Counted from the first letter of the stretch, positions 1-12,399 are shown. The stretch is DNA of 64,000 nt from an uncultured delta proteobacterium (GCA_963808625.1 CAWEHK010000025.1:64001-128000), one strand, 5' to 3'. The notes: a model not told the origin generated them from the sequence alone. A program made the numbers and translations.

Positions 1-1
1 C

Positions 2-1966
2 GGCGAGCTGACTTCCGGTCTTCATCGGCAGGCCGTGCGCCTCTTCCTGGCAGGGAAGCTCGCAGGGGCCCTGGAGCTTCTTGAAAAGCGGGCACCCGAG
101 CGCTCCCGCGAAGGAAGCAGCCAGGATGGAGGTGGCCGGAGCGCAGCCGCAGAAAAGGAAAGCTCCGCGCATACCAGCCTCGACTACCAGCTCGAAGCGC
201 AGCTCCTGACGCTCGCCCTGCAGTTCGACAACGCCGAAACCGCCTTTAAGGCAGCGCTCACGGCGGCGCCCGAGGACTTTGACGCCAATCTCGCCTATGC
301 CTGTTTTTTGAGAAGTGTAAAACGCGCCGACGAGGCGAAGGCCCGTGCCCTGCGATGCCTCGAGCTGGCGAAGATGAGCGGAAGCGAGTCCCGGAAAGCG
401 GAAGCCTGGCTTCACCTGGCGAGGACCCATCTCGAGCAGAAGCGCAAGAAGGAGGCGGGGCCGGCTGCCGCAGAAGCCCTCAAAATCCGCCGGGAGCTTG
501 CCGCGAAGGACCCGGCTGCGCACCTTCCCGAGTTGGCAGGGGCCTTGAACACCGTGGCAATGCTCCAGCGGGAACAGAACAGCATCGGAGAAGCCGCTGC
601 CGCTCACACCGAGGCCCTCGGGATCTACCGCAGCCTCGCAGACCGCAATCCGGAAGCCTACTCGCCTTCTGTCGCCATGACTTTGAGCAGTCTCGCCGCC
701 GTTCAACAACGACAGGGCCGCGGTGACGATGCCCGGAAGTCCCTGGAAGAAGCGGTGAAAATCTACCGGGCCCTGGCGGCTCAAAATCCGGTAAGATACC
801 ACCCGTATGTGGCCTTGACCCTGGAAAACTCGATCCTCTTGTACGGGGAGCAGAATCGTTCCCAGGATGCCCGAAAGGCCTACGAGGAGTTGGTGAAAAC
901 CTACCGCAGCCTGGCTGCCCGTGATCCGGCGGCCTATCTGCCGGACATGGCCTTTTCTCTAAACCGGCTTGGCGCGCTCCATCGGGAGAACCGTCGCGAC
1001 CGGGACGCGCGCAAAGCCTACGAAGACGAAGTGAAGGCATACCGCGACCTGGCGGCCCGCGATCCGGCGACGTATCTGCCTTACGTCGCGCTCTCTCAGG
1101 TCCATCTCGCCACCTACCACGAGGAACAGAAGCGCTTGAAGGATGCCACGGCGGTTTATCAGGACGCCCTCAAGACCTATCGCTTGCTTTCCGCTTCCAG
1201 GCCAGACATGTATTCTCCCTACGTGGCTCTGACCCTGACCACCCTGGGCGATCTTTACCGGGGGCAGAACCAGGCGAAAAACGCCAGGAAGGCTTACGAG
1301 GAGGCGGTTAAAACCTGGCGTCTCATGAGCTCGCGTAACCAGCAGGCCAATTTCAGGCCCGACCTCGCCGAGGCCCTGAGCAGACTCGGGAGCTTCTTCA
1401 GGGACGAGCATCTTACGGAGGAAGCGACGAGGCACTACCAAGAAGCGTTGAGCCTCTACCGGGAGCTGGCCCCAGCCACCCCGGAAGTCTATCTGCCCAA
1501 TGTGGTGATGGCGCTTAACAACCTGGGGATCGTGTGTCAAACCCGGGGACCCTTCGAACAGGCCTCCCGGGCTTGCGAGGAGGCGCTCAGGATCGGCCGC
1601 GAGGGGGCGACCCGGGACCCGGCTTCCTACCAACCCTATGTCGTCATGACGCTCAACAACCTGGGAGCCCTGCACCGGGACCAGGGCCTATGGGAGGAAG
1701 CGGGCAAAGCTTATGAGGAGGCGCTCAAGATCGGCCGCGAGCTCGCCGCCCGGAATCCTGACCTGTATTGGCCCTACGTCGCCGGCACGCTCAACAACCT
1801 CGGCATCCTCTATCGGGATCGGGAGCGCGTGGATGATGCCGGGAAAGCCTTCGAGGAAGCCCTCGTCATCTATCGCAAGCTGTCGGAGCAAGCGCCCGAA
1901 CGCTTCGCCGCGGACATCGAGAGAATCCAGTCGTTCCTCAGCGGCCTTTCACCAAGCAGTCGGTGA
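2..1966 (+). CDS. Tetratricopeptide-repeat protein (5' end outside window)
   Basis: Many ~47-aa helical repeats of type P..Y.P.VA..LNNLG.L........EA...Y.EAL...R.LA; the frame is open back to the window start. Confidence 0.85.
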   Translation, partial: GELTSGLHRQAVRLFLAGKLAGALELLEKRAPERSREGSSQDGGGRSAAAEKESSAHTSLDYQLEAQLLTLALQFDNAETAFKAALTAAPEDFDANLAYACFLRSVKRADEAKARALRCLELAKMSGSESRKAEAWLHLARTHLEQKRKKEAGPAAAEALKIRRELAAKDPAAHLPELAGALNTVAMLQREQNSIGEAAAAHTEALGIYRSLADRNPEAYSPSVAMTLSSLAAVQQRQGRGDDARKSLEEAVKIYRALAAQNPVRYHPYVALTLENSILLYGEQNRSQDARKAYEELVKTYRSLAARDPAAYLPDMAFSLNRLGALHRENRRDRDARKAYEDEVKAYRDLAARDPATYLPYVALSQVHLATYHEEQKRLKDATAVYQDALKTYRLLSASRPDMYSPYVALTLTTLGDLYRGQNQAKNARKAYEEAVKTWRLMSSRNQQANFRPDLAEALSRLGSFFRDEHLTEEATRHYQEALSLYRELAPATPEVYLPNVVMALNNLGIVCQTRGPFEQASRACEEALRIGREGATRDPASYQPYVVMTLNNLGALHRDQGLWEEAGKAYEEALKIGRELAARNPDLYWPYVAGTLNNLGILYRDRERVDDAGKAFEEALVIYRKLSEQAPERFAADIERIQSFLSGLSPSSR

Positions 1967-2173
1967 GTTGATAGGCGGGTGGGAAAAAACTATGGGCTTA
2001 GGTGATCATCCTAAGCCCACTTTCATTTTCCACGCTGTTTCCTCACCGAATAACAGAATTGGCACCTCTTCGCACTCTCTGCCGCCCTCTCCTCCGCCAC
2101 CCATGACCAACTCTGACCACGCCTCCGGCTTCTTCGCAAGCAGGAGGAGTTGCGCGCGTCAAGCAACGTTCCT

Positions 2174-2731
2174 TTAATACAGCAGGTACCCGAGCGCGAC
2201 ACTGTGAAATTCGGGAGACTCCGTGGTTACGCTACGATACAGTCTGACCACGACCCAGTAAGCATTGCCCTCAAAATTCACGTCCGCCGGCAGAAGCTTC
2301 CACTCCTCTTTGACGTTTGCGTTGGTCGAGCTGGTCAGCGTTGCCACAAGATAGGTCGCGCCATTGCTTCGCTGCTTTCGGTAGAGCTTCGCCTCGACGA
2401 GGGAATTACCGCCGGTGTCTTTGTTGGTGAGATAGAGGGCGTTCCAGTCCGGATTGCCACTGTCCTCAGGATTTACAAAGTGACAGTAGAAGTAGAGGCT
2501 TCCTGTGGCGGTGCCCTGAAACGTGATTTTCCCGGTAGCGGTCGAGGCAGTGTACCGATTGGCGGCGGTATCATCGTCGGGCACACAAGTGACGGCAGCG
2601 CGCGACTGCTCGGATGTTGTTGCAAACGCTCCCCCCACAAGTGAGAAAATGACCATTAAGCCCAGCAACCCGGCCAGGAAGAGGCGACCAAAACTCGACG
2701 GGACCAGGTGGTTCGTTATTCTTGCCTTCAT
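2174..2731 (-). CDS. Secreted hypothetical protein (beta-rich)
   Basis: 185 aa; hydrophobic N-terminal segment ending AFA; GGAGG-type RBS upstream. Confidence 0.65.
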   Translation of the reverse strand: MKARITNHLVPSSFGRLFLAGLLGLMVIFSLVGGAFATTSEQSRAAVTCVPDDDTAANRYTASTATGKITFQGTATGSLYFYCHFVNPEDSGNPDWNALYLTNKDTGGNSLVEAKLYRKQRSNGATYLVATLTSSTNANVKEEWKLLPADVNFEGNAYWVVVRLYRSVTTESPEFHSVALGYLLY

Positions 2732-3154
2732 TTCTATCCCTCCCTCTAATCAACGATTTCCCGCTTCGATCTCATCCATGAGCCTCAGGCAATCTTCCTT
2801 GCTTGGTACACTCATAGGGCATCACCCCCCTTCCCCCGGAGCGGCTTCCCCTCAATTCTTAGGATCTTTGGCGAGAACCCCTGCTGGACCTCAGTCGGTT
2901 GAGCGAGTAGGCATGGCTTGAGGTTGCTTTTAGAAACCTCCAAATGAAACGGCGACTGTAGAACGCTCTTTAGAGAAAACGGATTGAGAAGGAATTTGCC
3001 TTTCGTCTAAACATACAAAAATGCAGAGTGTCTGTCAAGAAATAGTGCACTCAAGACACAAGAAACCATACGGCTTGCAGATCCATGCTGCGGATGATAT
3101 ATCCTTTGCGCGAAAAATGGATTGCGAGAATTTCCCGTTAAATGAGAGACAGAC

Positions 3155-4591
3155 ATGAGACTTGAACCGGTTATCGGGCTGGAAATACATGCCCAGCTTT
3201 CCACCGAGAGCAAAATTTTCTGCGGCTGTTCCACGAAATTCGGGGCCGGCCCCAATACCCATACCTGTCCCGTGTGCCTGGGCATGCCCGGAGTGCTTCC
3301 CGTTCTCAATCGGGAAGTGGTCGAATTTGCCATGAAAATGGCCCTGGCCACGCACTGCACCATCGCCCCTTACAGTCAGTTCGCCAGGAAGAATTACTTC
3401 TACCCCGACCTTCCCAAAGGCTACCAGATTTCACAATATGAATTTCCGCTGGCTCGGAACGGCTGGGTCGAAGTAGCAACGGAAGAGAAGACACGACGCA
3501 TCCGGATCCACCGTATTCACATGGAGGAGGATGCCGGAAAGCTCATTCACGATGAATTTCAACCCGTAAGCTACGTTGACTTCAACCGGACCGGAGTGCC
3601 GCTCCTCGAGATTGTCAGTGAGCCGGACATCGAGACGCCCGAAGAGGCTGCCGCCTACTTGCGGACCCTGCGGGAGGTCCTGCGCTATCTGGAAATCTGT
3701 GATGGCAATATGGAAGAGGGGAGTATGCGCTGCGATGCGAATATTTCCCTGCGCCCGGCGGGGACCGATGGTCTCGGGGTGAAGACGGAACTCAAGAACA
3801 TGAACTCCTTCCGGAACGTTCAGAGAGCGCTCGAATTCGAGGTTCGCCGGCAAACGGCGCTGCTCGAAAGAGGTGAGCCGGTCATCCAGGAAACCCGGCT
3901 CTGGGACGCCGGCCGCAACGTCACGGTGAGCATGCGCGGCAAAGAAGAGGCCCACGATTACCGCTATTTTCCCGACCCGGACCTGGTGCCCATCGTCGTC
4001 CAGGACGACTGGATCGAAGCGGTCCGAGCAGCCCTCCCCGAACTCCCCGACGTGAAGCGGGAACGCTTCATCCGCGACCACGGCCTGCCGCCCTACGATG
4101 CTCAGGTGCTGACATCGTCCAAGGCCCTCGCCAACTACTTCGAAGAGGCCGTTGGCATTTTCCCCCAGCCGAAAATTGTCAGTAACTGGATCATGTCGGA
4201 ACTCATGCGGGAACTCAAACGCAACGATTGCGAACTGGAAGCCTGCCCGGTGGCGCCCGACAATCTGGCGGAACTGCTCCAACTGATCGATAAGGGGACG
4301 GTAAGCGGCAAAATCGCAAAAGCCGTCTTCGAGCAAATGGTCACAACGGGGAAGCGCGCCAGGGTCATTGTCGAGGAAAAGGGGCTGGTGCAAGTCAAGG
4401 ATGAAGGCGCCATTGAAGCGGTCGTGGACGAAATCCTCGCCGAGAACCCCACGGAAGTTGAGCAGTTCAGAGCCGGCAAAGAGAAATTGCTTGGCTTTTT
4501 TGTCGGGCAGATAATGAGAAAGACGAAAGGAAAAGCCAACCCGCAACTGGTGAATGAAATTCTGGGAAAGAAACTGAGAAGTGAGGAGTGA
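3155..4591 (+). CDS. gatB: Asp-tRNA(Asn)/Glu-tRNA(Gln) amidotransferase subunit B
   Basis: [58 protein letters not shown]. Confidence 0.98.
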   Translation: MRLEPVIGLEIHAQLSTESKIFCGCSTKFGAGPNTHTCPVCLGMPGVLPVLNREVVEFAMKMALATHCTIAPYSQFARKNYFYPDLPKGYQISQYEFPLARNGWVEVATEEKTRRIRIHRIHMEEDAGKLIHDEFQPVSYVDFNRTGVPLLEIVSEPDIETPEEAAAYLRTLREVLRYLEICDGNMEEGSMRCDANISLRPAGTDGLGVKTELKNMNSFRNVQRALEFEVRRQTALLERGEPVIQETRLWDAGRNVTVSMRGKEEAHDYRYFPDPDLVPIVVQDDWIEAVRAALPELPDVKRERFIRDHGLPPYDAQVLTSSKALANYFEEAVGIFPQPKIVSNWIMSELMRELKRNDCELEACPVAPDNLAELLQLIDKGTVSGKIAKAVFEQMVTTGKRARVIVEEKGLVQVKDEGAIEAVVDEILAENPTEVEQFRAGKEKLLGFFVGQIMRKTKGKANPQLVNEILGKKLRSEE

Positions 4592-4630
4592 TGAGTGATG
4601 AGGGATGAGTGCTGAGGTGCTGGGGTGCTG
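4577..4630 (+). repeat. Degenerate heptamer array (GTGATGA-like)
   Basis: gtgagga gtgatga gtgatga gggatga gtgctga overlapping the gatB stop. Confidence 0.75.
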
Positions 4631-4714
4631 AAGCTGGTGGCGTGTCGAGTGTTGATGCCATTTTCGTGCGTCTTCGTGTTCCTTCGTGGATAAAGCGAAA
4701 AGGGAAACAGATCC

Positions 4715-5764
4715 ATGTCGGAAAAATGGTTGCCGCCCATCTACTGGGACGGTGATGCCGTGGCCATCCTCGATCAGAGAGTGCTTCCTCATCGAGAAGA
4801 GATCATCCGGTGCACCACTCCTAAGCAGGTCATCACTGCGATTACGACCATGGCCATTCGCGGAGCACCGGCCGTGGGGGTTGCCGGAGCCATGGCTTTG
4901 GCCCTGGGCGCGCGCAACTGGGATACTCTCGAGCTGAAGACCTTCCGTCGGAAGTTTTCCGCTCTCTGCGATAAGGTGAAGGTTGCTCGCCCGACAGGCA
5001 ACAATTTGAGCTGGGCGGTTGAGAGGATCTATGCGGTCCTGGTGGAAAATCCGGAAGCGACCGTCACGGAGCTGCAGGCCAAAATCCGCGAGACGGCGGA
5101 CCGCATCCTGAAAAACGATATCGCTGACAATCAAGCGATCGGCTTCCATGGTCGGCAGGTCATACCGCCGGGCGCGCACATCCTGACTTACTGCAACGCC
5201 GGCGCTCTCGCAACGGCCGATTATGGGACCGCCCTGGGGGTCATCCGCTCAGCGTATGCCGCAGATCCCTCGATCCACGTCTATTCGTGTGAGACCAGAC
5301 CGTTCCTGCAGGGCAGCCGCCTGACCGCATACGAATTGATCCGCGCCGGCATCCCCGTCACGCTGATCACGGACAATTCGGTCGGCAGTTTGATGCAGCA
5401 CAAGAAAGTGGACGTGGTCGTCGTCGGAGCCGACCGCATTGCCGCCAACGGCGACACGGCGAACAAGATCGGGACCTACATGGTGGCCGTGCTGGCGCAC
5501 CGCCATGACGTCCCTTTCTACATTGCCGCGCCGCGGTCCACCATTGATCCCACCATCGCCGATGGGCAGGCGATCCCGATCGAGCAGCGGGACCCCCGTG
5601 AAGTCACTCATTTCCACGGGCGACCGGTCGCACCCAATGGCGTTCAGGCTTTAAACCCCGCCTTCGACGTTACTCCCCATAGCCTCATCACGGGAATCAT
5701 CACCGAGAAGGGAATCCTCAAGAAGCCGTACGGCAGGGCCATTCGCAAGGCACTGGAAGGGTGA
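4715..5764 (+). CDS. mtnA: S-methyl-5-thioribose-1-phosphate isomerase
   Basis: LDQRVLP, IRGAPAVG, RPT, CNAGALAT, ETRPFLQGSRLT, VGADRIAANGDTANKIGTY, NPAFDVTP. Confidence 0.96.
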   Translation: MSEKWLPPIYWDGDAVAILDQRVLPHREEIIRCTTPKQVITAITTMAIRGAPAVGVAGAMALALGARNWDTLELKTFRRKFSALCDKVKVARPTGNNLSWAVERIYAVLVENPEATVTELQAKIRETADRILKNDIADNQAIGFHGRQVIPPGAHILTYCNAGALATADYGTALGVIRSAYAADPSIHVYSCETRPFLQGSRLTAYELIRAGIPVTLITDNSVGSLMQHKKVDVVVVGADRIAANGDTANKIGTYMVAVLAHRHDVPFYIAAPRSTIDPTIADGQAIPIEQRDPREVTHFHGRPVAPNGVQALNPAFDVTPHSLITGIITEKGILKKPYGRAIRKALEG

Positions 5765-5765
5765 C

Positions 5766-5880
5766 GGGATTTCGGATGTCGGATTGCGGATTGCGGATGT
5801 CGGATTGTCGGATTGGCGGATGTCGGATGTGAGATGAGGGATGCGAGATTGAGGATGGCGGATGGCTGAATAGTGAATTC
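5766..5880 (+). repeat. Heptamer array (GGATTGC/GGATGTC)
   Basis: About 14 degenerate 7-nt units between the convergent mtnA and radA. Confidence 0.85.
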
Positions 5881-5971
5881 CATTCGTGTGTCTTCGTCTT
5901 CCTTCGTGTGACTTCGTGGACGCTTTTGGAGGATGGCCGGGGACCGAGTGCCGGGAGCACTGATCTGAAGA

Positions 5972-7355
5972 TCAGCTTCCGGCAGCCGTTCCAGGTTTCT
6001 TGAACAGGAGCTCCAGCACTTCTTGCAGCGACCGCACTCCGAGACAGTCTCCACCCAGTTCGGGCGACAGCCTGTCGGCGTTGTTCTTCGGCATGAGGTA
6101 TTGGGAAAAACCCATCTTGTTCGCCTCTGCAGCCCTGACCGCGGAATGTCCCACGCCGCGAACTTCCCCGGCAAGTCCCACTTCGCCCCAGATGACCAGC
6201 TCCGGTGGCACGGGGCGATCCAGGTAGGTACTCATGAGGGCTGTCGTCATGGCCAGATCGACGGCCGGTTCCAGCAGGCGGACCCCCCCGGCCACATTCA
6301 CGAAGACGTCGTGTTGCGCAAAACTGAAACCCAGCTTCTTCTCCAATACGGCCAACAGGATCGACAAGCGATTGCCGTCTACCCCCATGCTCGTGCGACG
6401 CGGCTGCAGCCAACCGGTGCCGCTCACCAGCGCCTGCAACTCGACCAGCAGAGGCCGCGTGCCCTCAACCGAACAGACCACCACCGAGCCGGACACGCCC
6501 TGGGGGCGTTCCGCCAGCAGCAGTTGCGAGGGATTCGGGACTTCTTCAAGCCCCGTCTCCTTCATCTCGAAAACACCCACCTCGTTGGTTGAGCCATAAC
6601 GATTTTTCACCGCGCGCAGGAGGCGAAACGTATGCGTCCGGTCTCCTTCGAGGTACAGCACCGTGTCCACGAGGTGTTCAAGAGCGCGCGGGCCGGCAAT
6701 CGAGCCTTCCTTGGTGACATGCCCGATGAGAAAGATCCCGATATTTCTCTCCTTGGCTTCCCGCATCAACCGCGAGGCGCATTCCCGGACCTGGGTGATG
6801 GACCCGGGAGCCACATCCAGGGCCCCGCTGTGGATGGTTTGGATGGAGTCGACCGCCAGAATCAGGGGAGGATTCGTCTCGATGGCTTCGAGAAGCAGCT
6901 TCGAGTGAGTTCTCGGAAAGCACAAAAAGGCTCGGGGCAATCGATTTTCAGCCGGGATGCCCGCAGCTTGAGCTGCTGGGGGCTCTCCTCTCCCGACACA
7001 TAGAGCACCCGTCATCCCCTGGGCCAGCTGCGCCATGGCCTGCAGGAGCAGGGTAGATTTGCCTATACCCGGGTCCCCCGCCAACAAGACGATGGACCCC
7101 GGCATGAGCCCTCCCCCGAGCACCCGGTCCCATTCCCCGATACCGCTCTGGAGGCGGTCTTCGGATTCAAAGTGAATATCCGCAAGGGCCAGAGGTTCGC
7201 TCCGCGCTGGGGAGTACGTTCCTCGAGGCGATTTTCGGATCGCAAGTTCTTCCACGAGGCCTTGCCAAGCTTTGGCAGTCCGGGCAGCGACCCAGCCATT
7301 TGGGGCTGACATAGCCACATTGCTGACACCGAAAGATGGTTTTCTTATTCGACAT
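5972..7355 (-). CDS. radA: DNA repair protein RadA/Sms (indels near the 5' end, likely sequencing errors)
   Basis: Zn finger CQQCGYVSPKWLGRCPDC in a shifted frame from ATG 7355; Walker A GDPGIGKST; KNRYG motif; Lon-like C-terminus. Confidence 0.95.
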
Positions 7356-7382
7356 GAGCCTCCTCGTCCCGCCCCTTCCCCT

Positions 7383-7515
7383 AATCCGAAATCCGAAATC
7401 CCACATCCGAGATGCCACATCCCACATCCCACATCCGAAATCCGAAATCCGACATCCGACATCCGAAATCCGAATCCGCCATCCGCAATCCGCCATCCGC
7501 AATCCGAAATCCGAA
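7383..7515 (+). repeat. Heptamer array (ATCCGAA/ATCCGCA/ATCCCAC)
   Basis: About 18 degenerate 7-nt units; reverse complement of the 5766-5880 array type. Confidence 0.85.
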
Positions 7516-7529
7516 GACCTGATGTATGA

Positions 7530-7560
7530 TTGACAAAATCAGGTCGATTGTTTATATGCT
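7530..7560 (+). promoter_or_regulatory. Possible sigma70 promoter for trxA
   Basis: TTGACA at 7530 and a TATATG/TATGCT -10-like hexamer 17-19 nt downstream. Confidence 0.4.
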
Positions 7561-7640
7561 GAGTGCGGCTTTTGAAGCAAACGGCAAATTCTCTGAATAA
7601 TCAAAAATCACGCTCTATCGCGAAGAGAGGAGCTGTTCTG

Positions 7641-7973
7641 ATGGCGGGGAAGAACATCATTGAAGTTAGCGACAGCACTTTTGAGCAGGAAGTTCTGCAG
7701 TCGGAAGTACCCGTTCTGGTTGATTTTTGGGCGCCCTGGTGCGGACCCTGCAGAGCCATCGCTCCTGTCATTGATGAGCTGTCCGGAGATTACTCGGGTA
7801 AGCTGAAAATTGCCAAGTGCAACGTGGATGACAATCCCAAGACGCCTGCCCGGTACGGCATTCGCGCGATCCCGACCCTGATCCTTTTCAAGGACGGGAG
7901 TGTAAGCGAGCAAATCACCGGCGCCGTAGCCAAGTCCCAGATCACTGCTGCCGTTGATAAAGCCGTCGGTTAA
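7641..7973 (+). CDS. trxA: Thioredoxin
   Basis: DFWAPWCGPC active site, IPTL; AGGAG RBS before ATG 7641. Confidence 0.97.
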   Translation: MAGKNIIEVSDSTFEQEVLQSEVPVLVDFWAPWCGPCRAIAPVIDELSGDYSGKLKIAKCNVDDNPKTPARYGIRAIPTLILFKDGSVSEQITGAVAKSQITAAVDKAVG

Positions 7974-8118
7974 GCGCCGCCACAACCTGAGACATGGACT
8001 ACGGGCCTGCTCAAGGGAGTTGTCCAAAAATCAACGACTTTCTTTCACCACGAAGACCAGAAAAAGAACCAGGGGCTACGACGTGATTTTCTCGTAACGA
8101 CAGGAATCACCATGCGTT

Positions 8119-8886
8119 TTGCTTGTAGACCACGGTCGAACTTTTTTCCGGCCTTTTGCGTTTCTGTTCCTGCCGCTCCTCATGCTGGGAATCAGCGGCT
8201 GTGATTCATACTTGGTAAAATTCTATTTCGGAGACACCTTCAGCAAGGGTTCTTCCTCGACCCTTGAGAAGAGCGCCGAGCAGCTCGTCATCGAAGGCAC
8301 CCAGAAGATGCAGAAAAAAGACTATGAGGATGCGATCAAAGCCTTCCAGCAGTTGAAGGAACGTTATCCGTACAGCAAATATGCGATTCTGGCCGAGCTC
8401 AAGCTTGGCGACGCCCACTTTTACAATAAGGATTATGCGGACGCGGCGATGGCCTACGAGGAATTTGCGCGACTCCATCCCCGCAACGAGGTGGTCCCCT
8501 ATGTGCTCTATCAGATTGGGATGTGCCATTTCCTGTCCTTTACCACCATCGACCGGGACCAGGAAGAAACACGGTTGGCAATGGAAGCTTTTCGCGCCTG
8601 ATTCAGGCATTTCCGCAGTCTGAATATTCCCTCAGGGCGAAAAAACAGCTCTTTGAATGTCAAAAACGCATCGTTGCTCATGAGTTTCGATGTCGGGCGA
8701 CTTATTACATCATGGGGGAGTTTTACGCGGCGAAAGAGCGGCTGGAGTTGGTCAACCGCAATTATCCTCAAGCGGTGAGAGACCTTGGCTATGAGGAGGA
8801 AATTGACAAGATGCTGGCGGCATGCGGGCAGCGCGTTGCCGAAGGGCAGCAAGAAGCCCAGCATCTGGAGTCGCATGGGATTCTAA
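8119..8886 (+). CDS. bamD: Outer membrane assembly lipoprotein BamD (frameshifted)
   Basis: Lipobox ISGC; YPYSKYAILAELKLGDAHF; DRDQ motif; continues FPQSEYS..A in another frame. Confidence 0.88.
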
Positions 8887-8970
8887 GAGAACGTTTCGCA
8901 AGCACCGTGAAATCTCACCTGACAGGTCGTGGGCGCTTTCATCCCGAGCATAAATAATGACTTAAATGTG

Positions 8971-8998
8971 TTGACAAACAAAAAAACTTCTTTACAGT
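8971..8998 (+). promoter_or_regulatory. Possible sigma70 promoter for rho
   Basis: TTGACA-16 nt-TACAGT about 300 nt upstream of rho. Confidence 0.45.
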
Positions 8999-9293
8999 TA
9001 GTTGTGCCTCTTTGGTGCATGCGAACCCTCCTCCGGGAGTAACCTCGACAAGATACCAGGAAGAACCTCTGGCAGACAAAAATTATTGAGATTAGCATCC
9101 AATTCCCCGGAAATGCCGCTTCCTCAAAATCATCTTGCCAGTGTGAGACGCATCATGACCAGAGAACAGGTTCTGACGATTGACAATTTACCATTCATGG
9201 AGTGGACAGATATGCCTCAAGCTACGCAAAACACCCAGGACAGCTCAGAAACAAGCCAAAGACCTGGAAGGCGCGGAGCAACCCCGCAACGAA

Positions 9294-10541
9294 ATGAACC
9301 TGGTGGAGTTGAAAAGCAAGAACATCAGGGAACTGATGACCATCGCCAAGGCCCTCAATATTGAAGGGGCCAGTGCGATGCGCAAACAGGAACTGATCTT
9401 CTCGCTGCTCCAGGCTCAGGCGGAGATGAGCGGCCTGATTTATGGGGAAGGGGTCCTGGAGATCCTGCCCGACGGGTTCGGCTTTCTCCGGAGCCAAAAC
9501 TACAACTATCTCCCCGGTCCGGATGACATTTACGTATCGCCCTCACAGATCCGGCGCTTCAGCCTGCGCACCGGGGACAGCATCTCCGGGCAGATTCGTC
9601 CCCCCAAAGACAATGAGCGTTACTTTGCGCTCCTGAAGGTGGAAGCGGTCAACTATGAAGATCCTGACGTGGCGCGGGATAAAATACTGTTCGACAACCT
9701 TACCCCCCTCTATCCGGATCGACGCGTCAAGCTGGAAAGCGTCGCCGACAATCTTTCCACCCGGGTAATGGACCTCTTGACTCCCATCGGTTTCGGCCAG
9801 CGCGGTCTGATCGTCGCCCAGCCACGCACCGGCAAGACCATGCTGCTGCAAAATATTGCCAACGCCATCTCGGTCAACCACAAAGAAGCTTACCTCATCG
9901 TCCTCCTGATCGATGAACGACCCGAGGAAGTCACCGACATGCAGCGCAATGTGCGCGCCGAAGTGGTCAGCTCCACCTTTGACGAACCCCCGCAGCGTCA
10001 CGTGCAGGTGGCGGAAATGGTGAGCGAAAAAGCCAAACGGCTGGTGGAGCACAAGCGCGATGTGATCATCCTCCTCGACAGCATCACGCGCCTCGCCCGC
10101 GCTTACAACTCGGTGGTGCCTCCCAGCGGGAAGATCCTCTCCGGAGGTTTGGACTCCAACGCCCTGCATCGCCCGAAACGGTTCTTCGGCGCGGCGCGCA
10201 ACGTGGAACAGGGCGGCAGTCTGACCATTATCGCCACGGCCTTGATCGACACGGGCAGCCGCATGGACGAGGTGATCTTCGAGGAATTCAAGGGCACCGG
10301 CAATATGGAAATCGTGCTCGACCGCAAGCTTGCCGACCGCCGCATCTTCCCGGCTATTGATATCAACAAGTCCGGCACGCGTAAAGAGGAGCTGTTGATT
10401 CCGACCGATGATCTCAACCGTATTTGGATTCTTAGAAAACTGCTTTCGCCTTTGAACCCGATCGATGCCATGGAATTTCTGCTCGACAAGATGCAGGGAA
10501 CGAAAGGCAATGCCGACTTTCTCGCCTCCATGAACCGTTAG
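9294..10541 (+). CDS. rho: Transcription termination factor Rho
   Basis: [60 protein letters not shown]. Confidence 0.98.
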   Translation: MNLVELKSKNIRELMTIAKALNIEGASAMRKQELIFSLLQAQAEMSGLIYGEGVLEILPDGFGFLRSQNYNYLPGPDDIYVSPSQIRRFSLRTGDSISGQIRPPKDNERYFALLKVEAVNYEDPDVARDKILFDNLTPLYPDRRVKLESVADNLSTRVMDLLTPIGFGQRGLIVAQPRTGKTMLLQNIANAISVNHKEAYLIVLLIDERPEEVTDMQRNVRAEVVSSTFDEPPQRHVQVAEMVSEKAKRLVEHKRDVIILLDSITRLARAYNSVVPPSGKILSGGLDSNALHRPKRFFGAARNVEQGGSLTIIATALIDTGSRMDEVIFEEFKGTGNMEIVLDRKLADRRIFPAIDINKSGTRKEELLIPTDDLNRIWILRKLLSPLNPIDAMEFLLDKMQGTKGNADFLASMNR

Positions 10542-10570
10542 GAGCCGTGCACCAATAAACCATCATCTTT

Positions 10571-10641
10571 CACCACGGAACACACGGAAGACACGGAAAA
10601 ACCGGGAGCGTTTTGTCCGTGTCTTCCGTGTTTTCCGTGGT
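10571..10641. repeat. Inverted pair of 9-nt-period triplets (CACGGAA...TTCCGTG)
   Basis: caccacggaacacacggaagacacggaa ... tccgtgtcttccgtgttttccgtgg; relatives at 12229-12300 and 31214-31295. Confidence 0.75.
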
Positions 10642-10800
10642 TTGAAAAAGGAGGCTCAAAACGAGACCAGGTCATTTTTGGATGGCCCTCTCCACAAAAA
10701 ATTACACTCTTCGTGTGACAAAAACATTGAGTAAGGCGCCAAGAAGTGTATAATTAGCAGCTTTTAAATGGCTCAGGAAGAACGAGGAGGAACAGGACCA

Positions 10801-11016
10801 ATGAAAGAAAATATCCATCCCGCCTATCAGCAGACCGTTATTCGGTGTGCCTGTGGCAACGAGATTCCCACCGGATCGACGAAGAAAGAGATCCGGGTTG
10901 AAATCTGTTCCAAGTGCCACCCCTTTTACACGGGCAAACAGAAATTGGTGGATTCCGCTGGTCGCATTGAAAGATTTCGCAGGAAATACGAAAAATACCA
11001 GACCAAAGAGGCCTAG
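10801..11016 (+). CDS. rpmE: 50S ribosomal protein L31 (Zn-binding type)
   Basis: [34 protein letters not shown]. Confidence 0.97.
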   Translation: MKENIHPAYQQTVIRCACGNEIPTGSTKKEIRVEICSKCHPFYTGKQKLVDSAGRIERFRRKYEKYQTKEA

Positions 11017-11102
11017 CGTCCGGATTCCGGACCATCCCCCTTTTCGAGAATTCACAATTTTATCTGCAGCCCTGTATATATTGAGGGCGGGTCAGTACGA
11101 TT

Positions 11103-12183
11103 ATGTTCAATCGCCTGAAGAGTGTCGAAGAACGATATCTCCAGCTTGAGGAAGCGCTCAGCAACGCTGAAATCCTGTCCGATCAAAAGGAGTATCAGAA
11201 GACTACCAGGGAGCATGCTGAAATCGCTCCGGTGGTCGAGGCGTACCGGCAGTACCTGAGGCTCAGCAAGCAAATCCAGGAAAGCCAGGAACTCTCTGAG
11301 GCCGAGGATGATCCCGAAATGCGGGAGCTGTTCAGGCACGAGGTGACCCAGCTGCGGAAGGAACTCGGATGCGACCGAGACGGACGCTCAAGCTCATGCT
11401 GGCACCCAAGGACCCCAAGGACGACAAGAACGTCATCCTTGAAATCCGCGCCGGCACGGGTGGCGAGGAAGCCGCCCTCTTTGTCGCCGACCTCTTCCGG
11501 ATGTATTCCCGCTATGCCGAACTGCGCCGCTGGAAAGTCGAAATCCTGGATGCCCATCCGACCGGCATCGGCGGGCTCAAGGAAATCATCGCCGAAATCA
11601 ACGGCAAGGGGGCCTTCAGCCGGCTTGAAATACGAACGAGGGGTGCACCGGGTGCAGCGCGTGCCGGTGACGGAGAGCCAGGGAAGAATCCATACCTCGG
11701 CGGTGACCGTAGCGGTCCTTCCGGAAGCCGAAGAAGTCGGACGTTTACATCGATCCCAACGAGCTGCGCGTGGACGTGTTTCGTTCCTCCGGACCGGGCG
11801 GGCAAAGCGTAAACACCACTGATTCCGCCGTGCGCATCACCCACGTCCCCACCGGGTTGGTGGTGATCTGCCAGGACGAAAAATCACAGCACAAGAACAA
11901 GGCCAAAGCCCTGAAGGTGCTCCGCGCGCGTTTGCTTGATCAGATGCAAAGCGAGCAGGAGGCAAAGATCGCTCAGGATCGAAAGAGTCAGGTCGGCACC
12001 GGAGACCGGAGCGAGCGCATCCGAACGTACAATTTTCCCCAGAACCGGGTTTCGGACCACCGTATCAACCTCACCCTTTATAAACTGGATACCATTCTTG
12101 ACGGCGGCACCCTCGATGATATCATCGACCCCCTAAACACGCATTTTCAGGCAGAAGCCCTGAAGGGGCTGGGGTTGGGGTAA
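11103..12183 (+). CDS. prfA: Peptide chain release factor 1 (several indels)
   Basis: [34 protein letters not shown] (PVT), [22 protein letters not shown] spread over three frames. Confidence 0.96.
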
Positions 12184-12399
12184 GGATTTGTCCAAGAATA
12201 ACTTGCTCTCTTTCAGAACCTCTTTCAAACACACGAAATACACGGAATACACGGAAAAATTATTCCTGGTTTTCCGTGTGTTTCGTGTGTTTCGTGGTGA
12301 AAGAAGATGATTTATTTTGGACGGCTTCATGTTGCTCGCTGCTGCGCTGCCGACCTTCAAACAGCTCCTGGTAAGCAGCGCGTATCACGGAATTGAGGG

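Noticed and set aside
3431..5179. 582-aa minus-strand ORF and other long antisense ORFs (e.g. 35487-37595 +, 17828-18913 +)
   Set aside because: Shadow ORFs opposite well-supported genes in GC-rich DNA.
7167..7533. Small ORFs with IRNPKSE-type repeats (also STINHQP and SSLITHH types)
   Set aside because: They are translations of non-coding heptamer arrays.
11103..12183. Programmed ribosomal frameshift in the release factor
   Set aside because: The PVT motif identifies RF1, not RF2. There is no CTTTGA site, and several indels match the general error pattern.
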